This document shows positions 1-10,425 of a DNA stretch of 64,000 bases, in pieces. Position numbers and translations under genes: made by a program. This stretch comes from Tubiluchus corallicola (lineage: Eukaryota; Animalia; Priapulida). The notes beneath the pieces are model-generated. The model worked only from the letters and a program-made list of their open reading frames with translations, was not told the origin of the DNA and searched no databases. The stretch covers positions 124,001 through 188,000 of the forward strand of contig JAQGDQ010000243.1 in the NCBI GenBank assembly GCA_030141605.1. The letters run 5' to 3'. Each line of letters starts with the position of its first letter. The stretch's first letter is position 1.

Positions 1-3000
1 TATACAGGATACAAACTTCTGGAGACTCCTGACCTGTATGCATGTAGTCCTTTTGACATGAACTCCCAGCATGAGTTGAAAGAAACTTCAAATCATCTTC
101 ATAATCACTGCTATCCTTCATGCTATCCTTTACCCTAGAATCTAGTTTGCAGTTACCACAGTTATTTTTCAAAATGGAGTAAACACCCTCTTCAGCATCT
201 GACAGATTTTGTATAGCATACTGATACAAACTATCTTCACTTTCGCTGCAACTTTCATCATCTGTAAGCATTAGCTCGTTATGATACCATTTCGTGAATT
301 CACTATTGCATTCATTTGAATCAACTTTCAAGTAACCTGTGCAGCAAATTCTGTTGGATGTGCTCTCTTCTGCCACAATATCTGCAGGTGCAACAGTTGT
401 TTTGAATGCAGGATCATGACTCTCTGGCAACATACGGGTCATTTCTTGTTCTCTTGACGTCTTGTCAACAGAACACAATCCCAGGTTAAGATCAACGTTA
501 CTTTCAGTGTCACTGTCATTATTCTGAATGCCTAATGCTTTATTTTTCAAGATAAATCCTGCATCATGATTAACAAAGTTTTTAATGTCATTGGTTCTGA
601 CAGGAGTATTATCATATAATTTAGCAAAAGCGAGCTCATCTTTTCCAACATCAAAGTTGTTTACTCTCTGATCTGTTTTCTCTCTTTCAGCTTCATTATA
701 AGTACACGGCACTGTATCTTCAAGATCATCTTCATTTGTGAGATCATTTATGCTTCTGATTGTCATTTTGCATGTCTCATAATGTTCTTCATTCATAGCA
801 CGTTCATGGTTTTCACAATGACCAGAATTATGATGATCAAATTCTGCTTCCATATTTCTTCCTGAAGCAACTTCATTCAATAAACTGTCAGGCTGAGATC
901 TTTTATCAAATCCAACCATGTCACTTGTAATACTGTTTTCACATGATTCATGCTCAAGTGCTGATGTATTAACATCATCATGGACTGGTAACCCAATTTT
1001 GTTACCACAGCTCAGATTGCTTTCAAAATTGGCTAGTGCACTTGTTTTCTTTTGCGTATGATTTCCATACACACCACTGCAATTTATCATTGGCTCATCA
1101 CTACCAGAATGTACTGGGGTTACAGCTTCATATGTAAAACATCCTCTTTTAGAAATATGATGTAGCACTTCATGATTACTTTCAAAAGTATTTGATGTGG
1201 CATTATTGTTGTCAGAATGTTCTGATGAGACATTACAACATTCATTGTTCTCTGGCACTACGCAACTTTGACTCAATGATGAAATACTGAACTCTGACAG
1301 AAGGTTTTCGTTGAATAAACGACTTCCAAAATGGTCCTCACTCATAGTACCCCTGTCAAGCTTTCTTCCACCTGCATCACAACCTCTAAAAGGGTCTAAC
1401 ATTGCACTTTCTATTCCACAATGTACAGGTGTTATAGCTTCATATAGAAAATGAATAACCTCTTTACCATCTACAGGCATTTCTGATGCCATATCACCAC
1501 TTTTAGCATGCAAACTTTCCACTTTATCATCTTCAATCTGCTGTGACACTTTATTAGCAGCCTCAGGACATTCCTGATGTCCATTACATTTCATAGTATC
1601 TGCCAATTCCAGTTTACCACCTTTAGAACACTCTAAATCTATAACACTTCCTATCTGATACTTTTCTGTGAAAATCTCACTTCGATTGTGTTCCGATACT
1701 TCATCAGCAGTTAAAGCCTCTCGTGGCATAGCATTATAGATTGGTGAACATTCTCGGACTACAAGATGATCTTCAAAATGTTTTTGCCCTTCAGTTTCAA
1801 TTGCAACAACTCTTCGAGCCTCATCACCTACTGCAGAAGTCTCTGAGAATGTGCATTCACTTTGAGAACACTCTCTTGCTTTGTTCATTTTAGAATGCTC
1901 TAATACCCTGTCATCAGTTTCACATAATTCTGGCTCACTATTTGGACTCTCAGAAGGATCAGAACATCCTGGGACCACCTTATTACTACAACATTTAGTT
2001 GTCAAATCATCACAATACTCAGAACTTATTCCTGTAATTTTACTGTACTCTGGAACAGCAGGTGCAATATTAGATGATTCTAAGCATGCGATTTCTTTAC
2101 ATCCAAAATTCACATCATTATCCTCTAAATGCTGTGGTACTACAACATCATTTCTGACTTGCTCTGGTTTAGAATGCTCTGGACGTAATACATTATTACA
2201 ATGAACTAAGTTTAAATTACCACTTCGGAACTCACCAGAAGCACTGCTAGCAAAATCTGGTGCAACGCCATTGTCTGAACATTTGTTATCAATTGAATCC
2301 TGCAGGTAACACCTGGAAGGAGCATCATTTGCAAACTCTCTATCCAAAACTACTACTGCTTCTGGTGTTACACAAGTATCGGTCACATTGTCAATTTTTT
2401 CACTATTATATCCAGAATAACAAGGTGATCCATCATCACTTGTAGAATACTTTGCCAAAGCATCGTCAGTTCTGTGGTGTTTGGGAATTGTATACAAACA
2501 GTTGCCTACACTTAGATATTCTGGAAGCTTTTTTATTATGACAACTGGACTGGTGCTCTTAATACATTCCAAAATTGAATTCATGTTATATTCAACATTC
2601 CCACCTTGCTCGTAAATTTTAGAATTAGTCAGAAATGCATCCTCACCGGCCTTTACTGTGCAAATTTCATTAAGCATAGATTTATAGGTGTTGTCTACAG
2701 TTTCTTTACTTGACTCCGCAGTTATGCCATTAACACTTGCTTTAGATGTGCCAATGTAAGTTGGCATTTCTGCCTCAGTTGGTTTAGCTCCAGAAAGCAG
2801 ATGATCGGTTTTATTTAAATCATCAACATCAGCTGCTGCATCATGGTTATAAACACGTTTCTGCTTACGAAATCGTAATTTTATACTTTTACGCTTTGGC
2901 AGACTTGAATCATGGCCATTACCAAGCCTTAATGATGTATCAGGATAATTATCTTCACTTTCTATGTTATCATTACAAAGTCTCCATGTTGTTTCGCTCT

Positions 3001-6000
3001 CTTCAGTATCTTCTTGCAAATTTACCGTTAACTTTACAGGCTCTTTTTCACTCACTTCTTCACCATATTGAAGTTTTAAAACAGAATTTGAAGCATTACG
3101 AAGTTCTAGCTTCAACTGTGTCTGACTGCGGGATTTCTTTTCAAGTTGTGAGGCGCTGTGTCTACTTCGTTTTTTGTGTTTAGAAAATTTGAAATTTGAT
3201 TTTGCAGTTTTACCAAGCCTCAATTTTAACTGAGTAGTGTTACGGTGAGTAACTAAATGTCCAGCAGATTCTCCATTGCTCAAATTTTCTTCGGCTACAT
3301 GCGGCACTGACTCACCTGTACACTCTTCAACACAAGGCTGCGGTGATGGTGATGGAGAGTCGAGCTCAATCACAGGTATGCCTTCTGTGTGCTGACTCGG
3401 AATAAGTCTTCTCCGTTTTTTGTGTTTCTTATGTCTCACTTTAGATTTTAATGAGGTATGCCTGATATGGGTAGAATTGTTACCTTCACGATTTTGCAAA
3501 CGGTCTCCTAAACCATCATGTACGTCAAATGAGTTTGAAGATTTTTTTTCACGCAAATCTCTATATAGCCGAGGCTTGGGATCTACATTTGGTGCCACTT
3601 CTTTACGTTCTATTTCATTTATTTTCCTTCCAAGACGCAGCTTGAATCTTTTTTGACCAGCTTCAGATGATCTAGATACTGATCTTCTTTTACTTTTCTT
3701 ATGCTTAACGCGTGGCTCTACAATGCAAATTTCACTGATATCTTCATCAATATGCCTAATTAAAATTGGGTTAACATTTTTATTTTTTGAAGCAATTTCT
3801 ATTACTTCAATGACATCAGGCTCATTATTAATTTCCTTAGAATGAGAGTGCGCCACTGTCTGGGTTTCATTTTTATCAGTCTCACCAACTGATGCCACTG
3901 AAGAAAATTCAGCAGGTAATGTACTCAAAATCGAGCTCTTCATGTTGTACAAAACACACCATTCAGACCAATCTAACCCACTCTGTTGGCACTTGGATTC
4001 CACATGAGTGTCTCTTACATATTCCTCTGTCATTCTTTCCTTAAACGCTCTAGATCTTACACCATAACGTGAATCAACTGTATAATAATCGAGGGTGTTT
4101 CTACAAAATGCATCAATTGCTGCTTGCATTTGACATTCGCACCAAAGTTCAGATGGAGATATCCAGCCGGGCAATCGTCCCACTCCAGACAAAACCTTTA
4201 CTAATTCAACAACAGACATTTTAGCTGCTTTTGCTACATTAAAAACTGGCATGCCTTTTCTGAGAGCATCTAGAACTTGTGAGTGTGCAAAAGGTATCGT
4301 CCCCGCAAGACTAAGACCATGAAGAATAAAAGTAATAGGTATTCCAGTTAGCCTTGAAACCGTAAATGCATCAAGCTGATCCTTCTTAATCTTTTTCATT
4401 GCAACAGCCATTTTTTCTTTAGTGCACAGGTGACCTACACACCATTTTGACCACTTGACATTTAACAATTGACATTTTGTTTCATATTTTACGGTCCAAT
4501 TTCCTTCAATTGCTTTTTTAAAAACATTGTAAGGAATGTGATAGGCTTCTGCAATTGCTTTTACATCACACCCAGTTCTGTCTCTCAGAAAGTGCCATGT
4601 TCTAACAGCTTCTCGAACTTGACAAACACAAAAGTCTGTTGACATGATAACAGAATTAACAGAAAATTTAGGGACAAATTTCATTGCAAGACTTCTCAAA
4701 GGAATGCCGTGCTTCACTGCTGCTTCAATTACGGGTTCACAATTTACAATTATGTCATGGAGGACAGGTTCTAAGACAGATTTCTGTGACTGTAATGGCA
4801 TGATTGTCGTATCGGTATTACATGTGCCATTCTCTAAACTGCTTGTTTCTTGCATAACTTGAGAGCCTGAATTATTGCCTGCACGTTGCTCAATATTCAG
4901 ATCAGGGAGTATGTGCTCTTCATTTGCAGACTGTTCTCCTATTGCTCGTATATTCAATTCAGGCAAATCATCATCTGGCGACTCAGAGCTTGACACATGT
5001 GTTTCACCCAAACATGGCGGTAATAGTTCTACATTTTCAACAACAGATGGCACATCACCTGAGCAACAAATGTTAGGCAAGGGTTGCGAAGCAACTAGTT
5101 CAGCAGCGCAAAATTTCTTAAGTTGTTGATTGAAGCTTTCTATTTCACTCTCTGATGTTGAAATGTCTTTAGTAAAACCACCTTGTTCATCTTTACTATG
5201 CTCACAAGGACTAATGTTTGCAGCTTTTTCACTAACAAAATTTACAAACAAATTTCTTTCTGCAAGCAAACCCGGTGATTCTGCAGCATTACTCCCATTT
5301 TCATCATCTTCAGATGCAAAAGACAACCGCCGCACATCTTCAGTTTGCTTGGAAGAAACCTTACTAATACTTTTCATAAAAGCATTAAGCAGCCAGTCTT
5401 TGTCAACAGGCAGAGACTCATGAGTAGAACAGCTTGCTGCCTCTCCAATTTTACTGTCTGAACTACGAATGTCTCCGTTGCTTATTGGAATTTCACATTT
5501 ACTACTCACGATACTGTTTGACTCTGTCTTACGACTGCCACATCTTTCGCATGGCTCAGAAGCATTCGCTGCCAGGCTTTTACCTCTAGATGAGTGAGTT
5601 TTGTTGGTATCAGCATCAGATGTAGACGATCTTACCAAATTAGCTATGTTACTACCCACCATCGTTTCTACCACATTTTTACAATACTGTAACAAAGATG
5701 CTACTTCACAGTTTGTCTCTGCATCACAATTTGTGTCTGCAGAGGATTGATGCAGCATACAAAAATCAGAATCTGATTGTTTATGACTCCCAACTGCATT
5801 TTCAGCATCTTTTTCAATAAGTTCTGTCTGTGATGCCACCTTTTCTATTATTTCCATCATTAAAGTAACAACTACTGCTTTTGGGTTAATGCCCTTCCCC
5901 ATACTGTACTCCCATGTATCAGAAGACTGACAATCTTCGTCATCAATAATGTCAGCGTTAGCACTCTCTGAATGGTTTTTCTCAAAAGCGTCATTGACGG

Positions 6001-9000
6001 AACTACCAGAACTCCAAGAGAACGACTCATAACAGGTAAGATCTAACTGTTTGTCAGCCACGTCTTTTACAGAATTTTCAGTAACCACACATGAAGTAGT
6101 AAGAGTCTCATGTGATGAATACTCCTGACTACTTTCAGTAATTTGCAGCCCTGAATTATGTTGTCTTAAATCAGAATGAAGAGCGAGAGAGCTTAGAAGG
6201 TAATTATTCTGGTCATCTATTATTATTTCATTTTCTGTAAACATTGGCTGCTGAACTGCGCTAGAACATGATTTTGATTCAACCAGGGAACTTTTTCCTA
6301 AACAAGCAAATCTATTATCTTTATCAAAAGACTTTCCTAAAGAGGTAACAAAAGTTGTTGCACTGTCCGTCCCAACGACAACTTCCTCTGTTTTGCAACT
6401 TACATCTGTATGTACAGTTTGTCCATTCTGCTTAATACGGAGAGAATTCACAAATAAAATGTCATTGTTAATTTGATCGAAGTTTACAATTTCGTCCTCA
6501 TGAACTTCTACAGCATGAATGGTAACATCGTCAACAGATGAACAGATGAACTTGCATGCACCGCACTTATAAGTTGTACCGGCTTTTGCAAGTTTAGCAG
6601 AAGCACCATGAGATCTAGAATAATGCAACTTCATAGAATAAAGACTACGAAAATACTTTCCACAATCTGGAAACAAGCATTTGTGTAACGTGTCATTACG
6701 ATATAAAGCCGATGCCTTTGGATTGACGACTGCTACTACATCAATTACACTTTTGTAGGGCTTATTCACCGTTTGGTAATTGTGGTCATTTTCACTAGCA
6801 ATAACTGATTTATGGCTGAAAGCTACATGTTCCAAAGTTTCCTCACAGGTATTAAATTGATCATGATGACTTTCACAAAATTCAGGTGACCAAGGACAAT
6901 TTAGCTTCAGTAGTGATGCCCTAGTTAATGAAAGAAGACAAGTATGTCCATGATCGGCTGCCCTACAGCAATTTCGCGAAGCAAAGCCACACACTGTACA
7001 GTTATAAGAGACCAAATCATCATATTCGTCATGTGACTGAAAGTGTTGTAACATATATGATAAGTTATGAAAATCTCCTTTGCAGCAAGGACATCTATAG
7101 CATGAATTAGCATGAGCGGCTTCATAATGAGCTGATATGTCACTTGCCAAAAAGTCGCGACACAAAGGGCATCTCGTTAGTCCATTTTCACCAACCATTA
7201 CATGGCAATCATCAATGTGGTCCGCAAATTCTTTCACATTTAATGCGAGAAATGAACAGTAGTAGCATTTGTACTCCTTAGAATGCACACCCAGAATGTT
7301 ATTATCACGTATCACACCTTTTGCACTGGTACCAGTACTTGCATTACGACTAGAAAATACACTAGGACTTTTTTGCAGAGACTTGACTGGAGATTTTGCT
7401 GTGATTTCTTCACTGCTTCTGTCGAAGAAATGTTCATACAATTCCTTGTGTTGCGTTTCAAAATGAAGTTCAAAATTTTCCAAATCTTCAAAAAACAACA
7501 GCTTCTTGCAGAATCGACAAACGAGTAACTCTCCAAAGTGTCTCCGTTCGCGCACATGTTCTTCTAGCTCAAGTGCAGTACTGTACGTTTTATAACAGGA
7601 CGGACAATGGTGATCGAAAGCTACAGTTCGTGCTTCCTTACGTTTTGAAACAGCAAATGGTAAACTGACAGCTATTTCATATGCTTGGGAAGCACCATTT
7701 GCAAGCTTAAAATGCAACATGTAATGAACACCGGGGTTAGACACTGAGCAGTAATCGTGGTCAAGAAACAAACCAAGCCTTGCTAGATCACTTTCTGAAG
7801 AGACATTTAACAGATCAATCCTGCCAGCTATGTAGTTTCCATAACCATTAAGGTTGCCGTGTTTGCTAGCCAGATGAAAATGAAGATCCCTGATATTTCC
7901 AAACAGACACTTACAAACAGGACACAAACAAACATGATCAATGTTATGATTTTGTAAGTAATGTTTCACTAAACGTTTCTCAGAAGTGTGGTGACTCCCA
8001 CAAAGTTGACAATTCTGATCAGCTGTTACCAAGGGATTTTCTTTGGTTGAACTGTGACTGAGCGTATGCTGAAAAAACTTCTGCACATTTCCAAAACGAT
8101 GCGAACACATATTGCACTTTAGCGGCAATTGAACAGAAGCTGGCGATGCTCGCGTTTGCTGTTTTCTAGAACAAACATTACCTTTGACATCAGTTCTACT
8201 AACATCTTTTCTATGACTTACTGACCTAGCTGGATTTTTGAGAACGGACTGCCCTAGGTGGAGTGGTAAACTATCAGTTTTAGTATTTTCTATGAATGGA
8301 TAATCCACCATGAAATCACTTGGGTGTGTTAAATACATATGTGAAATTAACAAAGTGACATCTATAAACTGTGTACCACAAAAAATACAATATGCTTTGC
8401 CTCCTTGAAATATCTGTTTTCTGTGAGCATTACTATAATGCTGACGCATCTCTCCATTTGTCAAAAAAACAGTTTGGCAGAGTTTACATCGATTTCCCTC
8501 TGTTGGATGGTAGTGAGCTGTCATGTGCTTTTCAAATGTGTCCATCTGATTAAAGCTCCTCAAACACACATGACAGATTCCAGAAGTACAAATAGGTCTA
8601 TGTTCATACAACATTTGCAAAAAACCAGTAAGAACAGGACGGCCATCACTGCTAAGCTTTAACTTCTCCAAAACAACTACGGCGGTACTTAATTTTTTAT
8701 CAGAGTAGACTGATGTTTCCTCTTTTGTTCTAATGTCCAACAGGTTAGTATGTACATTTCTTGCTTGGCAATGTTTCACCCATCCAGAAATGTGTCTTTT
8801 TGTAGCTGGCCAACCATGAAACTTTCGCTTGCCTTTTCTTTGCCACCAATTCGTACTTTTAGCTTTACTAGTCCTATCACTTTCTTCACCAATAGTGCTA
8901 CATTTGTCATTCACTGCCAACTCATCACTATCTGATGGTGTCGCCACCTCAGTTTTTTGCATAAGTTGCACAAAAGTGTCCCAATCAGTGGCACTTTCTG

Positions 9001-9985
9001 TAAAGTCCATCTCAGTATCATGAGGATCACACAAAAATTTCTCATTAGCATCGTCGTGATAACTATCGAGTAAATCATCATATACAATATCAGGCTGTGG
9101 ACTATCACAATAATCCGGTGGTTCTGCTTTTATAATTGCTGAAAAATCCTCACATTTATTGCCAGTAGTCTTAGGCGTAATCACTTCTCTGGATGTGTCA
9201 CTAAGACATCTGCTAACACTATTAATATCACTAGAATCTAATTGATTGATCGTCCTAGGAATAATCACAGATGTGTCATTTTCGTAACTGTTCACATTAC
9301 TGTCATATGCATCCTCATCACAGTCCAAATGATCAATTGTCTTGGTAGTAATCACTTCTCTACATGTGTCAGTTTCATTACATTTATCAACACTAACAAC
9401 ATCAGTTATCTCACGACAATCAAACTGATTAGGCATCTCAGTAACAATGACTTCTCTAAACATATTAGTCTTAGGAACAATCACTTCTCTAAACACATTG
9501 CTTCCATCTTCGTCAGCATTACTATTGCATACGATTTCACAAAAATCTAACTGACCGGATGTCCTAGGAATAAACACCTCACCGAGTGTGTCACATGCAG
9601 CACCATTAACACTGGTACTAATTTCGTATAGAAGCTCATCACAGTTTAACTGATCACCATTTGCATCTCTAAGTATGTATACAGTATTTGGTTTGCCACA
9701 CTCAGCGGAGCAGATATTGTCATCTTGCTTTTCGACTTGATCAAGCAGAAAAGACAAAGTATCATTAACACCATCGATGATGTCTTTCTCGTATACATCC
9801 ACATGCTCAACCGAAATGATATAAGGTTCCCACTGGTCACAGTCATCAGGCAGATTACAATCACCAACAGAACTGCAACTCTCAACGTTGATAATAACAG
9901 GAACGGACGGGTCAATTTCATGAGCCCATTCTTCGCTGAAAACCCTTTCTGCACTGTCATCCATTGCCCTCATTTCACCTTCCAT
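1..9985 (-). CDS. Giant single-exon ORF (3' partial, >=3328 aa): multi-C2H2 zinc finger protein with pipsqueak-like HTH repeats, probable chromatin/transcription regulator
   Basis: Splice acceptor ttttcgttgcag| opens the exon at 9994; ATG at 9985 (MEGEMRAMDDSAERVFSEEW...). The frame was open in all segments I translated (9994-6481, about 4790-4021, the first ~190 nt, plus spot checks). The ORF track lists nothing in this frame, as expected if there is no stop before the window edge. About 15 C2H2/C2HC fingers lie in about 8577-6500 (e.g. CHVCLRSFNQMDTFEKHMTAH, CKLCQTVFLTNGEMRQHYSNAH, CLFPDCGKYFRSLYSMKLHYSRSH). Psq-like repeats lie in about 4790-4030. Confidence 0.9.
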   Translation of the reverse strand, partial: MEGEMRAMDDSAERVFSEEWAHEIDPSVPVIINVESCSSVGDCNLPDDCDQWEPYIISVEHVDVYEKDIIDGVNDTLSFLLDQVEKQDDNICSAECGKPNTVYILRDANGDQLNCDELLYEISTSVNGAACDTLGEVFIPRTSGQLDFCEIVCNSNADEDGSNVFREVIVPKTNMFREVIVTEMPNQFDCREITDVVSVDKCNETDTCREVITTKTIDHLDCDEDAYDSNVNSYENDTSVIIPRTINQLDSSDINSVSRCLSDTSREVITPKTTGNKCEDFSAIIKAEPPDYCDSPQPDIVYDDLLDSYHDDANEKFLCDPHDTEMDFTESATDWDTFVQLMQKTEVATPSDSDELAVNDKCSTIGEESDRTSKAKSTNWWQRKGKRKFHGWPATKRHISGWVKHCQARNVHTNLLDIRTKEETSVYSDKKLSTAVVVLEKLKLSSDGRPVLTGFLQMLYEHRPICTSGICHVCLRSFNQMDTFEKHMTAHYHPTEGNRCKLCQTVFLTNGEMRQHYSNAHRKQIFQGGKAYCIFCGTQFIDVTLLISHMYLTHPSDFMVDYPFIENTKTDSLPLHLGQSVLKNPARSVSHRKDVSRTDVKGNVCSRKQQTRASPASVQLPLKCNMCSHRFGNVQKFFQHTLSHSSTKENPLVTADQNCQLCGSHHTSEKRLVKHYLQNHNIDHVCLCPVCKCLFGNIRDLHFHLASKHGNLNGYGNYIAGRIDLLNVSSESDLARLGLFLDHDYCSVSNPGVHYMLHFKLANGASQAYEIAVSLPFAVSKRKEARTVAFDHHCPSCYKTYSTALELEEHVRERRHFGELLVCRFCKKLLFFEDLENFELHFETQHKELYEHFFDRSSEEITAKSPVKSLQKSPSVFSSRNASTGTSAKGVIRDNNILGVHSKEYKCYYCSFLALNVKEFADHIDDCHVMVGENGLTRCPLCRDFLASDISAHYEAAHANSCYRCPCCKGDFHNLSYMLQHFQSHDEYDDLVSYNCTVCGFASRNCCRAADHGHTCLLSLTRASLLKLNCPWSPEFCESHHDQFNTCEETLEHVAFSHKSVIASENDHNYQTVNKPYKSVIDVVAVVNPKASALYRNDTLHKCLFPDCGKYFRSLYSMKLHYSRSHGASAKLAKAGTTYKCGACKFICSSVDDVTIHAVEVHEDEIVNFDQINNDILFVNSLRIKQNGQTVHTDVSCKTEEVVVGTDSATTFVTSLGKSFDKDNRFACLGKSSLVESKSCSSAVQQPMFTENEIIIDDQNNYLLSSLALHSDLRQHNSGLQITESSQEYSSHETLTTSCVVTENSVKDVADKQLDLTCYESFSWSSGSSVNDAFEKNHSESANADIIDDEDCQSSDTWEYSMGKGINPKAVVVTLMMEIIEKVASQTELIEKDAENAVGSHKQSDSDFCMLHQSSADTNCDAETNCEVASLLQYCKNVVETMVGSNIANLVRSSTSDADTNKTHSSRGKSLAANASEPCERCGSRKTESNSIVSSKCEIPISNGDIRSSDSKIGEAASCSTHESLPVDKDWLLNAFMKSISKVSSKQTEDVRRLSFASEDDENGSNAAESPGLLAERNLFVNFVSEKAANISPCEHSKDEQGGFTKDISTSESEIESFNQQLKKFCAAELVASQPLPNICCSGDVPSVVENVELLPPCLGETHVSSSESPDDDLPELNIRAIGEQSANEEHILPDLNIEQRAGNNSGSQVMQETSSLENGTCNTDTTIMPLQSQKSVLEPVLHDIIVNCEPVIEAAVKHGIPLRSLAMKFVPKFSVNSVIMSTDFCVCQVREAVRTWHFLRDRTGCDVKAIAEAYHIPYNVFKKAIEGNWTVKYETKCQLLNVKWSKWCVGHLCTKEKMAVAMKKIKKDQLDAFTVSRLTGIPITFILHGLSLAGTIPFAHSQVLDALRKGMPVFNVAKAAKMSVVELVKVLSGVGRLPGWISPSELWCECQMQAAIDAFCRNTLDYYTVDSRYGVRSRAFKERMTEEYVRDTHVESKCQQSGLDWSEWCVLYNMKSSILSTLPAEFSSVASVGETDKNETQTVAHSHSKEINNEPDVIEVIEIASKNKNVNPILIRHIDEDISEICIVEPRVKHKKSKRRSVSRSSEAGQKRFKLRLGRKINEIERKEVAPNVDPKPRLYRDLREKKSSNSFDVHDGLGDRLQNREGNNSTHIRHTSLKSKVRHKKHKKRRRLIPSQHTEGIPVIELDSPSPSPQPCVEECTGESVPHVAEENLSNGESAGHLVTHRNTTQLKLRLGKTAKSNFKFSKHKKRSRHSASQLEKKSRSQTQLKLELRNASNSVLKLQYGEEVSEKEPVKLTVNLQEDTEESETTWRLCNDNIESEDNYPDTSLRLGNGHDSSLPKRKSIKLRFRKQKRVYNHDAAADVDDLNKTDHLLSGAKPTEAEMPTYIGTSKASVNGITAESSKETVDNTYKSMLNEICTVKAGEDAFLTNSKIYEQGGNVEYNMNSILECIKSTSPVVIIKKLPEYLSVGNCLYTIPKHHRTDDALAKYSTSDDGSPCYSGYNSEKIDNVTDTCVTPEAVVVLDREFANDAPSRCYLQDSIDNKCSDNGVAPDFASSASGEFRSGNLNLVHCNNVLRPEHSKPEQVRNDVVVPQHLEDNDVNFGCKEIACLESSNIAPAVPEYSKITGISSEYCDDLTTKCCSNKVVPGCSDPSESPNSEPELCETDDRVLEHSKMNKARECSQSECTFSETSAVGDEARRVVAIETEGQKHFEDHLVVRECSPIYNAMPREALTADEVSEHNRSEIFTEKYQIGSVIDLECSKGGKLELADTMKCNGHQECPEAANKVSQQIEDDKVESLHAKSGDMASEMPVDGKEVIHFLYEAITPVHCGIESAMLDPFRGCDAGGRKLDRGTMSEDHFGSRLFNENLLSEFSISSLSQSCVVPENNECCNVSSEHSDNNNATSNTFESNHEVLHHISKRGCFTYEAVTPVHSGSDEPMINCSGVYGNHTQKKTSALANFESNLSCGNKIGLPVHDDVNTSALEHESCENSITSDMVGFDKRSQPDSLLNEVASGRNMEAEFDHHNSGHCENHERAMNEEHYETCKMTIRSINDLTNEDDLEDTVPCTYNEAEREKTDQRVNNFDVGKDELAFAKLYDNTPVRTNDIKNFVNHDAGFILKNKALGIQNNDSDTESNVDLNLGLCSVDKTSREQEMTRMLPESHDPAFKTTVAPADIVAEESTSNRICCTGYLKVDSNECNSEFTKWYHNELMLTDDESCSESEDSLYQYAIQNLSDAEEGVYSILKNNCGNCKLDSRVKDSMKDSSDYEDDLKFLSTHAGSSCQKDYMHTGQESPEVCILY

Positions 9986-10068
9986 ACTGTCAACCTGCAA
10001 CGAAAACATAAAATATACTCACTATGTAATATTACATTGTTTTATTGCATAAATGAATATTATCATTA

Positions 10069-10425
10069 ACATGATGTTCGTCCTTCGAATCGACGATGAC
10101 CATAGTGACAGGGATAAAGGGTCAGTATGGGGGGTTGTCATTCCTTTGATGAGCTCGAAAGTGATTGACTAGGCCAATTCTGGCCTGGAAACTTGGCATT
10201 TGGCACAGGTGAGACTGGGTGTTTTGACCTGTTGTTGGGCAGTGTCACATGCCTTGCGTCTCCTGCGCTTCTGCTCTGCTGTCTTAGCCCCTGTGGTGAT
10301 GGCACTCCGCCATGCTGAGCGATCTTGTGCAAGGGTTTCCATTGAGCGGATATCCATACTGAGCTCCTCGAGTGAGGCCTTCAGGCTGTCTTTGAAGTGT
10401 TTCTTTGGTCGTCCAACCTTTCTCT
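10069..10425 (-). mobile_element. RTE-clade LINE 3' fragment
   Basis: Translation RKVGRPKKHFKDSLKASLEELSMDIRSMETLAQDRSAWRSAITTG...LTCAKC matches the typical RTE ORF C-terminus (GRP, DR..WR, degenerate zinc knuckle). Confidence 0.8.

Noticed and set aside
1881-10069. The many short ORFs listed in 1.8-10 kb on both strands
   Set aside because: They are antisense or off-frame shadows of the giant minus-strand exon.
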